A stretch of 64,000 bases of DNA from a virus. Lineage: Duplodnaviria; Heunggongvirae; Uroviricota; Caudoviricetes. The position numbers and the translations under genes were made by a program. This document shows, one piece after another, positions 38,293 through 48,075 of the stretch (position 1 is the stretch's first letter; each line of letters starts with the position of its first letter). Where the stretch lies: the IMG/VR virus record IMGVR_UViG_3300005326_000042, positions 1 to 64,000 of that record. One strand, written 5' to 3'. The notes below the pieces were generated by a model. The model made no database searches, was not told where the DNA came from, and was given only the letters and a program-made list of their open reading frames with translations.

Positions 38293-38667
38293 TTAATCTC
38301 CTTTCTTCGCCATCCTAAATTCTCGGTCGCACTCTCCACCTAATTCCTCTGCATCATTTATCAATTTGTCAATAGCTTTTATTTTCGCTGCCAACCTCTT
38401 GTGTAATCTTATTAAATCTGGATTCTTTTCTGCGCAAGATTTACAGAATTGAGTGTGATGACTTGTTAGAGGTTCCCGACCCCCATCGTCGTATGTAATA
38501 TACTCGCTTTCATCATTAAACCCAATTATTTCCTCTCTACAGGAATGACAAGCAAACTTCCCGCAGATAGCACAGTATCTGTTTCCCCAATGTTCTACTT
38601 CTTTTTCCTTGCAGAAATCACAGATTTCTATGTCCTTGGTGGTTGTAATTGTTATTTGTTGTTTCAT
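38293..38667 (-). CDS. zinc-finger hypothetical protein
   Basis: CDFC...CAICG..CHSC...CKSC. Confidence 0.4.
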   Translation of the reverse strand: MKQQITITTTKDIEICDFCKEKEVEHWGNRYCAICGKFACHSCREEIIGFNDESEYITYDDGGREPLTSHHTQFCKSCAEKNPDLIRLHKRLAAKIKAIDKLINDAEELGGECDREFRMAKKGD

Positions 38668-38669
38668 TT

Positions 38670-38954
38670 CTATTTCTCCTCCACCTTCAAAACCCCACTA
38701 TCCTTTCCAGCAAGTGTATCTGAACTAATCGCGCGGAGGATAGGAGCGGTTTGTGAATCGTTATTGATATCTTCAGAAATAAATCTGTACCCTAGTCTGG
38801 AGTCATATACGACTGTCGGACTTCCATTTTCGTAGTGATAGATAGTTAGAGTGTTGGTTTCTTGTGTAATTTCTCCTTGGATTTGCCAAGATAAGAATCC
38901 TATCCAGAGAAACAGAATCATTAGTGCCGCGAGAGCGATGTAATTTTGTTTCAT
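38670..38954 (-). CDS. membrane-anchored hypothetical protein
   Basis: N-terminal TM/signal anchor. Confidence 0.4.
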   Translation of the reverse strand: MKQNYIALAALMILFLWIGFLSWQIQGEITQETNTLTIYHYENGSPTVVYDSRLGYRFISEDINNDSQTAPILRAISSDTLAGKDSGVLKVEEK

Positions 38955-39208
38955 GAAGATTCCTTTTCCAACTTCTTTTCTGCTTTTAACATCCTTGTTA
39001 CGATAATTGTAAATTCTTTCTCAAATTCGCCCCATGATCCATCTTTAGTGGCATATCCAAAACATCTTCCAATCTCTAACCAATGTCGAAGATAATCTTC
39101 AGGTTTGGCTTCTTTGTGGCGAATTCCAGTATCGATCAAATTTTCAATTGCGCCCCAATCGCCTTCTTTGGCAGCGGCTTCTAGTTTTGCTTTTATGGTT
39201 ATGGGCAT
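38951..39208 (-). CDS. hypothetical protein
   Basis: Track ORF. Confidence 0.4.
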   Translation of the reverse strand: MPITIKAKLEAAAKEGDWGAIENLIDTGIRHKEAKPEDYLRHWLEIGRCFGYATKDGSWGEFEKEFTIIVTRMLKAEKKLEKESS

Positions 39209-39641
39209 AATATCTCCTTATCCGACATCGTATTTATAGTTAACGCTAGGACGCTAAAATACTCCTTATCTTCTGTAAGCGATATCTATAATTGGTGTTA
39301 CCATTTTAATCAACTAAGACCTTTTAGAACAAAATAGATATTTATTCAGGATCATCGTCTTCTAATTCGTCTAATCTTCTATTTAGTTTAAAAATTACAT
39401 ATCCGATTCCTAATATGGCTATACTCTGAATCATATCAACAAACTGCTCAGGTGTCATTAAATACTTATTACTTGGTATAGTATTTATATTTACTGTTAA
39501 GGCGACTTAGAAATAAATTACAAAAGATAAAAATAGACTATCGCTTTTCTAATTTCCGAAGTCTAATTCTTGTATCCATGAGTAGATATATGATTCCAAG
39601 CGATATAAAAGTCTGCATCATGTCAAGAAATTGTTGGAAAG

Positions 39642-39980
39642 TCATTCTTTTGTTGCCTCCTCGTTTTCTGTTTCGAACAACATGTAATGAAGTTCGCCCG
39701 CGATGTTACATTTTACGTTGGAATCTCTGTTTACGGAATAATAGTCGTAACCTTCTTCAATACAAAATTTCTTGTCCTCTTCAGAATAGTCTGGAGCTAG
39801 GATGAAAGGAGGCGAGCATAGCGAATTTCCGTCTATCATAACTAAGATTGAGTGAGCCAGTCCATATAGTTTCTCTTTCTCAGTTCTGTCATGGACTTGA
39901 TCGGACCAGAATTCACATAGATTTCTCAGGTTTTGCAGGAATTCGTCTCTTACTTGTTCCATATTCAATTCGTGTGACAT
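39642..39980 (-). CDS. hypothetical protein
   Basis: Track ORF. Confidence 0.4.
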   Translation of the reverse strand: MSHELNMEQVRDEFLQNLRNLCEFWSDQVHDRTEKEKLYGLAHSILVMIDGNSLCSPPFILAPDYSEEDKKFCIEEGYDYYSVNRDSNVKCNIAGELHYMLFETENEEATKE

Positions 39981-40005
39981 AATTTAGTATTATATGGGAA
40001 AGTAT

Positions 40006-40875
40006 TTAAGCCTTTCTAAGTTTGTGACTTTTTCTTATAGCTTCTCCCTTTCTACTACAATTACAGTTTGCACATTCAAGTCTATAATCCTCTTTTAAAG
40101 ATTCGGGCCAGCCTTGTTGACGAAAATTGGAGAGCAATGCCGTACTATTGCGCTCTCCATTTCTTCTCCGCTCCGCGCCATCGTTATGTATGTGAGAGAT
40201 AGTTAAAAATTTTAATTCCGTTATTCCACATGGACAACCACCAAAGAATTCAAAAGCTTCTTTCCAGAGTTTAGCTGAGTATCTTTGATTTTTAGTTTGC
40301 AATTCCCAAGGTAAATCCAAATATTCCCTTCTTCTCGCCAAATTATGATTCCAACATAAAACTCTCAGATTAGATAATTTATCTTTCGGATAAGTATCAT
40401 TAGTAACGGCTAGACGTAAGGAATGTCCACTATATCCCTTCTTCTTGTCGATATATCCTGTCTCATCGATATGGTCTACGGTTAAATAATCGGGATTAGT
40501 CACATTACAAAGAGAACATTTACAGCCACCCAAGATTTCAAGTACTTGAATTTTATTTTCTTCGCGATATTTTTTATGGTGTTCTTTTATTTTATCTTTA
40601 TTTTCATTATAATACCTTTTCCCGTATTCTTTATTATGTTCTTTATTTTCCTTATAATACTTTTTTCCACATTCTTTCCTGTGCTCTTTATTTTCTTCAC
40701 GATATTTTATATCGTATTCTTTTTTGTGTTCTTTGTAGTTTGGATTATCCCAATTAGATATCGTTTGTTGACACACTCCACATTCCTTAGCTATTTCTCC
40801 CTGACTTTTCCCAAAAACATTAATTTGGAGATCCAACCATTCTTTATTTTGATAAATAGGTTTTTCTTCACTCAC
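40006..40875 (-). CDS. HTH + double HNH-motif endonuclease, paralog 1
   Basis: N-terminal KEWLDLQ...IAKECGVCQQTISNW HTH; K/E/Y repeats; GGCKCSLC...VDHID...LRVLCWNHN and GGCPCG...ISHIHND...ECANCN; GTG start after AGGAGGT. Confidence 0.6.
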   Translation of the reverse strand: MSEEKPIYQNKEWLDLQINVFGKSQGEIAKECGVCQQTISNWDNPNYKEHKKEYDIKYREENKEHRKECGKKYYKENKEHNKEYGKRYYNENKDKIKEHHKKYREENKIQVLEILGGCKCSLCNVTNPDYLTVDHIDETGYIDKKKGYSGHSLRLAVTNDTYPKDKLSNLRVLCWNHNLARRREYLDLPWELQTKNQRYSAKLWKEAFEFFGGCPCGITELKFLTISHIHNDGAERRRNGERNSTALLSNFRQQGWPESLKEDYRLECANCNCSRKGEAIRKSHKLRKA

Positions 40876-41029
40876 TTTTTGACCTCCTCTTAATATCTTC
40901 CTTGATTAATCCCCTTAGAAGAGCGGAAGCGGAAGTCTCATCGTCGTCAGCCATGTTTTCTAACTCATCTTTTAAATGTTTAGAGAGTTTGAAAATAAAA
41001 GTAGCTGTTTCTTTGTCAAGTTGTTTCAT
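40868..41029 (-). CDS. ribbon-helix-helix protein coupled to HNH paralog 1
   Basis: 53 aa, TFIFKLSKHLKDELENMADDDETSASALLRGLI; stop overlaps HNH start; below track cutoff. Confidence 0.45.
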   Translation of the reverse strand: MKQLDKETATFIFKLSKHLKDELENMADDDETSASALLRGLIKEDIKRRSKSE

Positions 41030-41303
41030 ATTAAACACCATATATAAAATTTGTAGTTATAATATAATAATTATTAATATTTAAATCTTTCGGTTGAATT
41101 TAATTTTATTCAATTAATTTTTTTAAAAACAAACTTAAATTTGCCTTTAGACAGTTAAATCAGAATTTAAAAGCGAGGTTCATAACGCGATCCAACCGCG
41201 CTAATTCCCTCGCCATGCGCATATGATCGGCATCCCATTTAAGGCTTGCTATCCGCGCCTTGGTGAGGCAACGTTCCAACTATAATATCTGTGAGGTCTC
41301 ACC

Positions 41304-42125
41304 ATGACAAATAAAGCTTTACTTGCGGGAATCAATGCCTATATGCAATCTCCGCTTAGAGGTTGCATCAACGATGTACTTGATGTAGAGAACTATTTAC
41401 TAGGAAAGAATTTCCAGTGTACCAAACTTCTCGACTCTTCCGCCACCAAACCCAATATTCTAAATGGACTTAACACACTTATAAACGGAAGCCACGCAGG
41501 AGATGTATTGGTGTGGTATTTTAGCGGCCACGGATCTTACATTTTAGATAATAATGGAGATGAAACAGACGATCAATATGATGAGTGCTTGATTTCTTAT
41601 GACTACTTCACAAACGGAAATTTCATTCGTGATGATGATTTAGCTGAAATATTTACAAGAATTCCAGAAGGAGTTTTAGTTGAGTGTATCCATGACTCCT
41701 GCTTTTCAGGAGATTCCACAAAACTATTTAATGATCTAAATTCAAATACCCGTTTTGTAGATATCGATACTAATTCTATAGATTTAAAATCTTCTGCTTC
41801 AAAATATATTCCTATCCAGCTTTCTAGACCTAAAAAGAAAGTTGTGAAAATTGGAAGGATAGGACATAAAGTCAGTAATATTACCATGAACCACATCTTA
41901 TCAAGCGCCTGTGGTGAAACTCAGACTTCAAGCGAGGTTCGGGTAAACGGTCAATATCGCGGAATTTTTACATACCTGCTTACAAGAAGACTCAGACTTT
42001 CTCCAACTATGAGCCGATCTGGAGTAATAAGTAATGTTCGAGCAAACCTTGCTGCACTAGGGTTGTCACAAATACCTATGTTAGAGTGTATCGATAGTGA
42101 AAAATTAGAGCCTTATTTCTCATAA
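41304..42125 (+). CDS. caspase-like cysteine peptidase (peptidase C14 / metacaspase family)
   Basis: Catalytic His in VLVWYFSGHGS and catalytic Cys in IHDSCFSGDS in caspase order (His before Cys); N-terminal KALLAGINAY; SD GAGGT. Confidence 0.65.
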   Translation: MTNKALLAGINAYMQSPLRGCINDVLDVENYLLGKNFQCTKLLDSSATKPNILNGLNTLINGSHAGDVLVWYFSGHGSYILDNNGDETDDQYDECLISYDYFTNGNFIRDDDLAEIFTRIPEGVLVECIHDSCFSGDSTKLFNDLNSNTRFVDIDTNSIDLKSSASKYIPIQLSRPKKKVVKIGRIGHKVSNITMNHILSSACGETQTSSEVRVNGQYRGIFTYLLTRRLRLSPTMSRSGVISNVRANLAALGLSQIPMLECIDSEKLEPYFS

Positions 42126-42142
42126 TTTTTTGAGGTTTTCCT

Positions 42143-42514
42143 ATGCAAGACTCAGAGGCTCGGATTTTGACCGCTATTGGCGAGTTGAAGACTGATATTC
42201 AGAATATAAAGGATGATTTGGACGAACTAAAAACGTTCAAGGACGAACTACAACGGACCCAACAATCATTTATAGATTATAAAGAAACTAGAAAAGATCT
42301 TCCGAAACAAATTTCTGATCTGAAGGAGAAAGTTACGGTTTGCCAAACAAATTGTATTAATGAGTCCAAGGTGTTTGAACAAGTTTGTAAAGAGGTTAAA
42401 TTCCTAATGGGATGGTATAAAACAGGAACAGGAGTCGTTATATCCGTGAATGTTCTTGTTGCTGTTTTAGTTCTCGTTTCTAAATATATTGATATTTCTA
42501 AATTATTTTCGTGA
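42143..42514 (+). CDS. coiled-coil protein with C-terminal TM anchor
   Basis: Heptad N-terminus, C-terminal GVVISVNVLVAVLVLV. Confidence 0.45.
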   Translation: MQDSEARILTAIGELKTDIQNIKDDLDELKTFKDELQRTQQSFIDYKETRKDLPKQISDLKEKVTVCQTNCINESKVFEQVCKEVKFLMGWYKTGTGVVISVNVLVAVLVLVSKYIDISKLFS

Positions 42515-42523
42515 GGGATTGAG

Positions 42524-42940
42524 ATGGATATTTCATTTTTAGCTGCTGTTATACTGTTCTTACTGGCTTCCGCTCTGGTTGCTTGGTATCTGGCTTCATA
42601 TAAGAGATTGTCTGTAATTCTAAAATTCCTCCTCATCACTCCTTTTATTCTCGGTTTTGCAATAGCTCAAGATGAGATCGAAGAAGGGCTTTTTGTAGAC
42701 GATCTTACGGGAATAGAAGTCACAGAAGACGACAAACCTCTCATCCTCAATCCCGATATTTTAACAAAATCCGCAGAAGCAATTAATAACGCGGTAGAAT
42801 CTGTAATTAAACTTCCAGAAATCATCCCAGACGGTTTATCTCAGGAACTTCAAATTCAGGAAAAGAATAGAGTCTTTTTGTTAGATAATACCTTGAATTT
42901 CACACCAAGAAATAACACTACGGAGTTGATTGTGGTTTGA
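42524..42940 (+). CDS. membrane protein with two N-terminal TM helices
   Basis: MDISFLAAVILFLLASALVAWYL and LLITPFILGFAIA. Confidence 0.45.
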   Translation: MDISFLAAVILFLLASALVAWYLASYKRLSVILKFLLITPFILGFAIAQDEIEEGLFVDDLTGIEVTEDDKPLILNPDILTKSAEAINNAVESVIKLPEIIPDGLSQELQIQEKNRVFLLDNTLNFTPRNNTTELIVV

Positions 42941-43107
42941 ATTCTGACGAAGAGCCGTTGGTTTGTAGAAAATGTTTTTGCAGGTTTTCTTGTGGGGAGA
43001 GGTGTGAGAAAGCAAAAGAAGTTAATTTTATCTAATTAATTTTTTTAAATTACTTTGTTAATATAGACAACTTCTAAACTATACTCTTTACAAGGAGAAT
43101 TGTTTGT

Positions 43108-43749
43108 ATGGCTAAATTATATAATGCTCCGTTTCAAGGTCCGAGGTACACGCTTCACGGACCTTTGGCGTCTCGTCCTACTACTGCCAAGGAAGAGACA
43201 TATTTTCACGATACTACGAATAATGAATGGTACTACTATACTTCGTCTGCTTGGAATAAAATAGGAAAATCTGACGTTCTCCTTAAAGACGGAACAATTG
43301 GATTAACCGCAGATTGGGACGCTGGATCTATAGATATCCAGGCAGAAACTTTTACTTCAGATGTTCCAATCGGAACCGCGCCTCTCACCGTTACCTCTAC
43401 CACAAAAGTTACCAATTTAAATTCTGATCAGGTCGATGGTTCAGACCTGTCAGATCTCCTTGCAAAAGAAGAGACGCCGTATTTAGGAAGAGGAACAAAT
43501 TATCAAATAACTGCGGGAGATTATATTATCGCGGTTACTTGTGTTGGAACAGATATTGATGTCACTCTTCCAAACCCGACCCTCAAGAAGACGGTGATTA
43601 TCAAAAAGCTAGATAGTACGTCTCATGCTGTTAACATTGAAGCCTACGACGGAGAAAACATTGAGGACAGCGCTACCGATCTTATTCTGACTCACCAGTA
43701 CGACTCTGTGACTCTTTCCAGTAACGGAATTAATTGGTTTATTGTTTAG
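43108..43749 (+). CDS. tail fibre / baseplate-associated protein
   Basis: Thr/Ser/Gly-rich beta-type composition, precedes fibre module; SD AAGGAG. Confidence 0.45.
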   Translation: MAKLYNAPFQGPRYTLHGPLASRPTTAKEETYFHDTTNNEWYYYTSSAWNKIGKSDVLLKDGTIGLTADWDAGSIDIQAETFTSDVPIGTAPLTVTSTTKVTNLNSDQVDGSDLSDLLAKEETPYLGRGTNYQITAGDYIIAVTCVGTDIDVTLPNPTLKKTVIIKKLDSTSHAVNIEAYDGENIEDSATDLILTHQYDSVTLSSNGINWFIV

Positions 43750-43759
43750 GTGATTTAAT

Positions 43760-44224
43760 ATGACTTATTTTGGTTTATTGAAAGGAAAGACCGTCCTCGG
43801 AGTCGTAAAAGAATGGCTCATGGACGATGACGGTCATGGGCAGGTGGATGTGGTGTCCACAGCAGCGCCAGCCACCCTACCTTTGCCCACAGGCGCGGCT
43901 ACGGAATCGACTTTGGCGGCGATGAACGGGAAGCTCGGTGCTCTCAGCAGAACTCCCCGCTCGGGTCAGCAAACGGTAGCCGCAGCGGGAACAGAAGTCG
44001 CTCTAGGTGCATCCCAAGTCTATAGGGAAGTTACAGTGATTGCCAACAGCGACAACACCGGAAACATCTATATTGGTAACGACGGGACTGATCATGTATC
44101 AAGTACCACGGGCGGCAAGCTTCCAGCGGGCGGATTTGCCACTTTCCACAATGTAGATATCTCTAAGATATTTGTAGATGTTGCGGTCTCCGGCGAAGGT
44201 GTCTCCTGGTTTGGTGAGATTTGA
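43760..44224 (+). CDS. fibre-associated structural protein, paralog A
   Basis: GQQTVAAAGTEVALG...VTVIANSDNTGNIYIGNDGTD...GEGVSWFGEI; paralogous to 44473..44865. Confidence 0.5.
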   Translation: MTYFGLLKGKTVLGVVKEWLMDDDGHGQVDVVSTAAPATLPLPTGAATESTLAAMNGKLGALSRTPRSGQQTVAAAGTEVALGASQVYREVTVIANSDNTGNIYIGNDGTDHVSSTTGGKLPAGGFATFHNVDISKIFVDVAVSGEGVSWFGEI

Positions 44225-44472
44225 TGTTCGGCCAGCATCACTGCTCAAAATGTGGCCTAAAATATAACAATGCGTCAGTAGACGGGCGAGATTACACTTA
44301 CACCTGCAAGAACTGCTGCCAAGTTGAAACCTTCCACATGGATGGTACTAGCACCACATTCGACTGCCCGATATGCGCGAAGACTGCATTGAATGCAAAT
44401 TTCGCGCCCAATAACGTGAACAGGAAGATGGATTTCTCGGATAAATATAACTCAATGTATCGGGTGATTTGA
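44221..44472 (+). CDS. zinc-finger small protein between fibre paralogs
   Basis: CSKCG...CKNCC...CPICAKT. Confidence 0.4.
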   Translation: MMFGQHHCSKCGLKYNNASVDGRDYTYTCKNCCQVETFHMDGTSTTFDCPICAKTALNANFAPNNVNRKMDFSDKYNSMYRVI

Positions 44473-44865
44473 ATGGCAGATAGCAATTTGAAGATTCTGA
44501 ATGCGGATGAAGATCCGAAATGGCAGAAGGTGAAGGGGGCGCAAACGGAGGGAGATCCCGGATCGCCGTACGTGTGCCTGGATGGGAGCAATACCCCGAA
44601 GAGTGGACAGAAAGCAGTGGCATCAGCAGGTACTGCGGAAGCCCTGGGAACGACCCAAGTATTCAAGCGGGTTACAGTGGTTGCCAATGCCGATAATACA
44701 GGAGATGTGTATGTTGGCAATGACGGTGCTGACGATGTCAGCAGCATCACGGGAATAATCTTACCCCCGGGCGGCTGGTTCGACTGGTTCTTTGTGGATA
44801 TCGCTGATCTCTATGTAGATGCTGAAGTATCTACTGAAGGCGTGTCTTATGGGGGAGAAATATGA
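44473..44865 (+). CDS. fibre-associated structural protein, paralog B
   Basis: GQKAVASAGTAEALG...VTVVANADNTGDVYVGNDGAD...TEGVSYGGEI. Confidence 0.5.
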   Translation: MADSNLKILNADEDPKWQKVKGAQTEGDPGSPYVCLDGSNTPKSGQKAVASAGTAEALGTTQVFKRVTVVANADNTGDVYVGNDGADDVSSITGIILPPGGWFDWFFVDIADLYVDAEVSTEGVSYGGEI

Positions 44866-47039
44866 GCGCAGGACAATTTATTCAGGGAGTGCTACGCGGT
44901 GCATATCGCATATATAATGTGCACGATTTTGGCGCGGTGGGGGATGGCGTCCACGATGACACAGCAGCATTCCAAGCATGCATAACAGCCGCCGCTGGAA
45001 AGGGGCCTGCCATCGTTCCCAAGCCACTTGTTCGATATCTAGTATCGTCTCAGGCCCCGATGGCGTATGGATCATGGAATTATTGCATCGCTGTTCCCAG
45101 CCACACGCAGATAATTGGTCTCGATAGGCCCGAAATTCAGCTCAATGCCGCAGATACAGATGTTTGCCGAACTATATTTACAAATTCGGATTGGGTAAAC
45201 GGGAATACTGATATCGAGATCGTGGGACTGTCTATAGATGGAAATTACAGGAACAGACAGGCGGGAACAGCTAATAATCTGGTACTTATTCACATGGGAG
45301 TATCAGACGCTGGCGCTACCGTTGGATGCACTGACATTCGAATAGAGTCAAATAAGTTGTACGATGGAATTCTCGGTATCGGACTATATAACTACATCAA
45401 AGGTGCTGCCAAAAACAGCAACTGCAAGGTCAATTCGAATGTCATCGACTCGATGCAAAATTTCTGCATAGAATTCGACTCCACCGATAACTCTGAGATG
45501 AGTGGCAACCAATCATCGAACAGTTTGAATTACGATGTCGGCGGGGCGTATAATCTAATATTTTGGTCAAACAACAACACCGTTGATGCAAACCAATTCA
45601 AGTCTTCGAATATCAACAACACGGGCATCTGGATCAAGCACGGCAGTTCGGGAAACATCATCACTAACAACAACATCATTGCTCCGATGGGGTGCATCTT
45701 CTTCGAGACCGAGCCGGTTGAAACCGCTTCGATCACTGAAAACAACACTGTATCGGAAAATTACTTCGAGGAAACCGGCGCTTCGTCCAAGTTCTTGATC
45801 TACAATGCAGCTGGATCGACATTCAGAAACAATACAATCCGTGACAACAAATTCGTAGGTTGGCCTCTGTGGATCAGGGCAACGCAAACCGCTGCGAGAG
45901 ATTGCACAATCGATGGTCTTTATATTCGTAACAATGAATTTATTGTGCCCGACAATGTTAAGAACATGTGCATAGGATCAGCCGCCACAGAGGGCGGCGC
46001 CGGCACGTCCTGGGACAATATATTCGTCGAGGGGAACACATTCAGGAGGGGGTATATTGCTCTAGTTGGAAAAGTCAATCGCCTCTTCATCCGACGCAAC
46101 AAATTCATAGCAGTGGCCGGAACTCAGATCAATATCGATACTACAACATCGATTACAGAAGCTTACATTGATGATAATACAGCGATTGGCGGAAATAACT
46201 TCGTCTACACAGATGGAACGCTCCTGGGGCTGAAAACTCTCAGGCGCAATACGATTATTGCAAGCGGTGGGACGGCGATAACAGTCGGATCTGCAAATGC
46301 AATAGACATTTCTGACAATGATATAGATGTACCGACGACAGGATACGCATTCAATATATTAGCCGGATCACATACATTTAAGCGGAATAAAATTCACGAT
46401 GGGCAATACGGAATTACCGCCCCAGTGGGCACCGTTCAAACAATAAAGGATTGTGAGTTTTCGGGGTTGACTGGAGCCACACCTCGCCTAAAAGGCGCGG
46501 CAACGTATATTACCGATGTTTCGACAGAGCATTTCCAAGGTGTATTAGCGGCATCGGCTACTGCGATTAGATCAAATGAAGATCTGAGCGCGGCAACACC
46601 CCTCACCTTTACACTGGATGCTCAACCCGATGTTCCGAGGCGGCTTGTATGGGCCTTTGATGCGCATGCTCAGATAACAGCATTCTCCATTACTTTTACT
46701 GGAGTGAATGCGAAGGACGTTGCCGTTACACAAACGATCACAGAAGCTTCTGGCTGGTCAGGTGTCACGAATGAAGCATTTGCCACTATCACATCTATCA
46801 TCATGACCGCCAGAACAGGAACTGGTGCAGGTGATACGATTGATATCGGTGTCAATGATGTGATTGGCTTGGCAACCTCGCTTGATGTCGCGGCGGATGT
46901 GTTTAAGGTGAAAAAGAACAGTGCGAATTATCCCGCAGCAAGTTATACGGTGGAAGATGTTTATGACACGATCGACTTGAGCACGGGCGGGGCGATAACA
47001 GGCGGGGATGATTTCACGATTTGGTACAAGGCACTATAG
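44862..47039 (+). CDS. tailspike/receptor-binding protein with pectate-lyase-like right-handed beta-helix
   Basis: YNVHDFGAVGDGVHDDTAAFQACI N-terminal motif of the pectate-lyase superfamily; many N..I/N.F beta-helix rungs; 725 aa. Confidence 0.6.
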   Translation: MSAGQFIQGVLRGAYRIYNVHDFGAVGDGVHDDTAAFQACITAAAGKGPAIVPKPLVRYLVSSQAPMAYGSWNYCIAVPSHTQIIGLDRPEIQLNAADTDVCRTIFTNSDWVNGNTDIEIVGLSIDGNYRNRQAGTANNLVLIHMGVSDAGATVGCTDIRIESNKLYDGILGIGLYNYIKGAAKNSNCKVNSNVIDSMQNFCIEFDSTDNSEMSGNQSSNSLNYDVGGAYNLIFWSNNNTVDANQFKSSNINNTGIWIKHGSSGNIITNNNIIAPMGCIFFETEPVETASITENNTVSENYFEETGASSKFLIYNAAGSTFRNNTIRDNKFVGWPLWIRATQTAARDCTIDGLYIRNNEFIVPDNVKNMCIGSAATEGGAGTSWDNIFVEGNTFRRGYIALVGKVNRLFIRRNKFIAVAGTQINIDTTTSITEAYIDDNTAIGGNNFVYTDGTLLGLKTLRRNTIIASGGTAITVGSANAIDISDNDIDVPTTGYAFNILAGSHTFKRNKIHDGQYGITAPVGTVQTIKDCEFSGLTGATPRLKGAATYITDVSTEHFQGVLAASATAIRSNEDLSAATPLTFTLDAQPDVPRRLVWAFDAHAQITAFSITFTGVNAKDVAVTQTITEASGWSGVTNEAFATITSIIMTARTGTGAGDTIDIGVNDVIGLATSLDVAADVFKVKKNSANYPAASYTVEDVYDTIDLSTGGAITGGDDFTIWYKAL

Positions 47040-47080
47040 GGCAAAAGGAGAACCCCAGTTCTCCTAAGTCCCTCATTTCA

Positions 47081-47485
47081 TCATTTTTGGCTGAGAACTT
47101 CCGTATTAGTCCTATGTGATATCATTAGGCTCTTCAGTGCAGCGTTCTGCGACTCTATGATATCCAAGGCCCGCTTTGACCAATCTGCTACTGATTCTCC
47201 TGGCTTCCCCGCACATTCTTTGAGACGGTCGTAATCCGCTGCATATACCCAAATCATTTTCTTTTCATCCGACTTCTTTTTCGCGGATAAAAACATGCAC
47301 TTATCGAAGGATACTTGCCCTGGATACAATTTAAAATCCCTTAAATTGATCTCCTCTATATCCGGATAGAAGGTGCAATTGATAAAACGCACTTCGGCGC
47401 TCTCGTTTATAGCATCCGCGATTATTGTTTCGCACTCCGATAGGTTCAGAACCTCATCAAATCGTCTTATTATTTTTGGCTCCAT
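47081..47485 (-). CDS. hypothetical protein
   Basis: Track ORF. Confidence 0.4.
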   Translation of the reverse strand: MEPKIIRRFDEVLNLSECETIIADAINESAEVRFINCTFYPDIEEINLRDFKLYPGQVSFDKCMFLSAKKKSDEKKMIWVYAADYDRLKECAGKPGESVADWSKRALDIIESQNAALKSLMISHRTNTEVLSQK

Positions 47486-47665
47486 GTAGAAAACTTATAA
47501 TCTTTATAATATTTATAACCATCGTACAACATAAGTCCAAAAGTACATGACTATTCAGCAAAGTCGATCATTCCAATCATTATAGGAATACATAGATCCT
47601 AGAGCGCGCCCCTATGCGGCAGATAGCGAAAATAGGAGTATAAGAAAAGGAGAATAAAAAATAGA

Positions 47666-47935
47666 CTAAAGTCCTAGATGCCGAAGAGTCGAGGATTTCC
47701 TTCGCTTCGGTCTCTCCTTCTGAATCTGATACGCAGGCCGCTCGACCTCTTTCGGCACAGCGTCCACGATGTCGGACTTGCCACAGTTCGGGCACGGTCT
47801 GCCCTCTGGTTCAACCTCGTGGATCTTGTCGGGCTTTAGGGTGGGCATTCTAATGCCTCTGTGGAGGTGGGTCCACTGGAGGAAGTGATGCTCGCAGTCG
47901 AGGCAGCGTTTCTCCTGGACGCCGACGATCTTCAT
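47666..47935 (-). CDS. zinc-ribbon protein (GC-rich operon)
   Basis: Start at internal ATG (MKIVGV) overlapping upstream stop (ATGA); CLDCEHH...CPNCG. Confidence 0.4.
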   Translation of the reverse strand: MKIVGVQEKRCLDCEHHFLQWTHLHRGIRMPTLKPDKIHEVEPEGRPCPNCGKSDIVDAVPKEVERPAYQIQKERPKRRKSSTLRHLGL

Positions 47936-48075
47936 GGCTTCCTCTTGCGAAGATCTATCTCCGCTTGAAGGGCCTTGCGACATACGGCGGCCACGTTGAT
48001 CTCCTCCAGATCCTCTAGGGATTTTTGCATCTCTTCGGAGATCTGGAAGGTTTTTGGGATGGGGTATTTCGCCAT
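47932..48075 (-). CDS. ribbon-helix-helix-like small protein (GC-rich operon)
   Basis: Internal ATG (MAKYPIPKTFQISEEMQKSLEDLEE...) coupled to neighbours. Confidence 0.35.
   Translation of the reverse strand: MAKYPIPKTFQISEEMQKSLEDLEEINVAAVCRKALQAEIDLRKRKP

Noticed and set aside
40540-40760. Short direct DNA repeats and the antisense ORF 40546..40893, rich in F/I
   Set aside because: The repeats encode the lysine/glutamate/tyrosine-rich region of the HNH paralog. The antisense ORF simply mirrors A/T-rich codons. The same holds for 51076..51420 opposite paralog 2.
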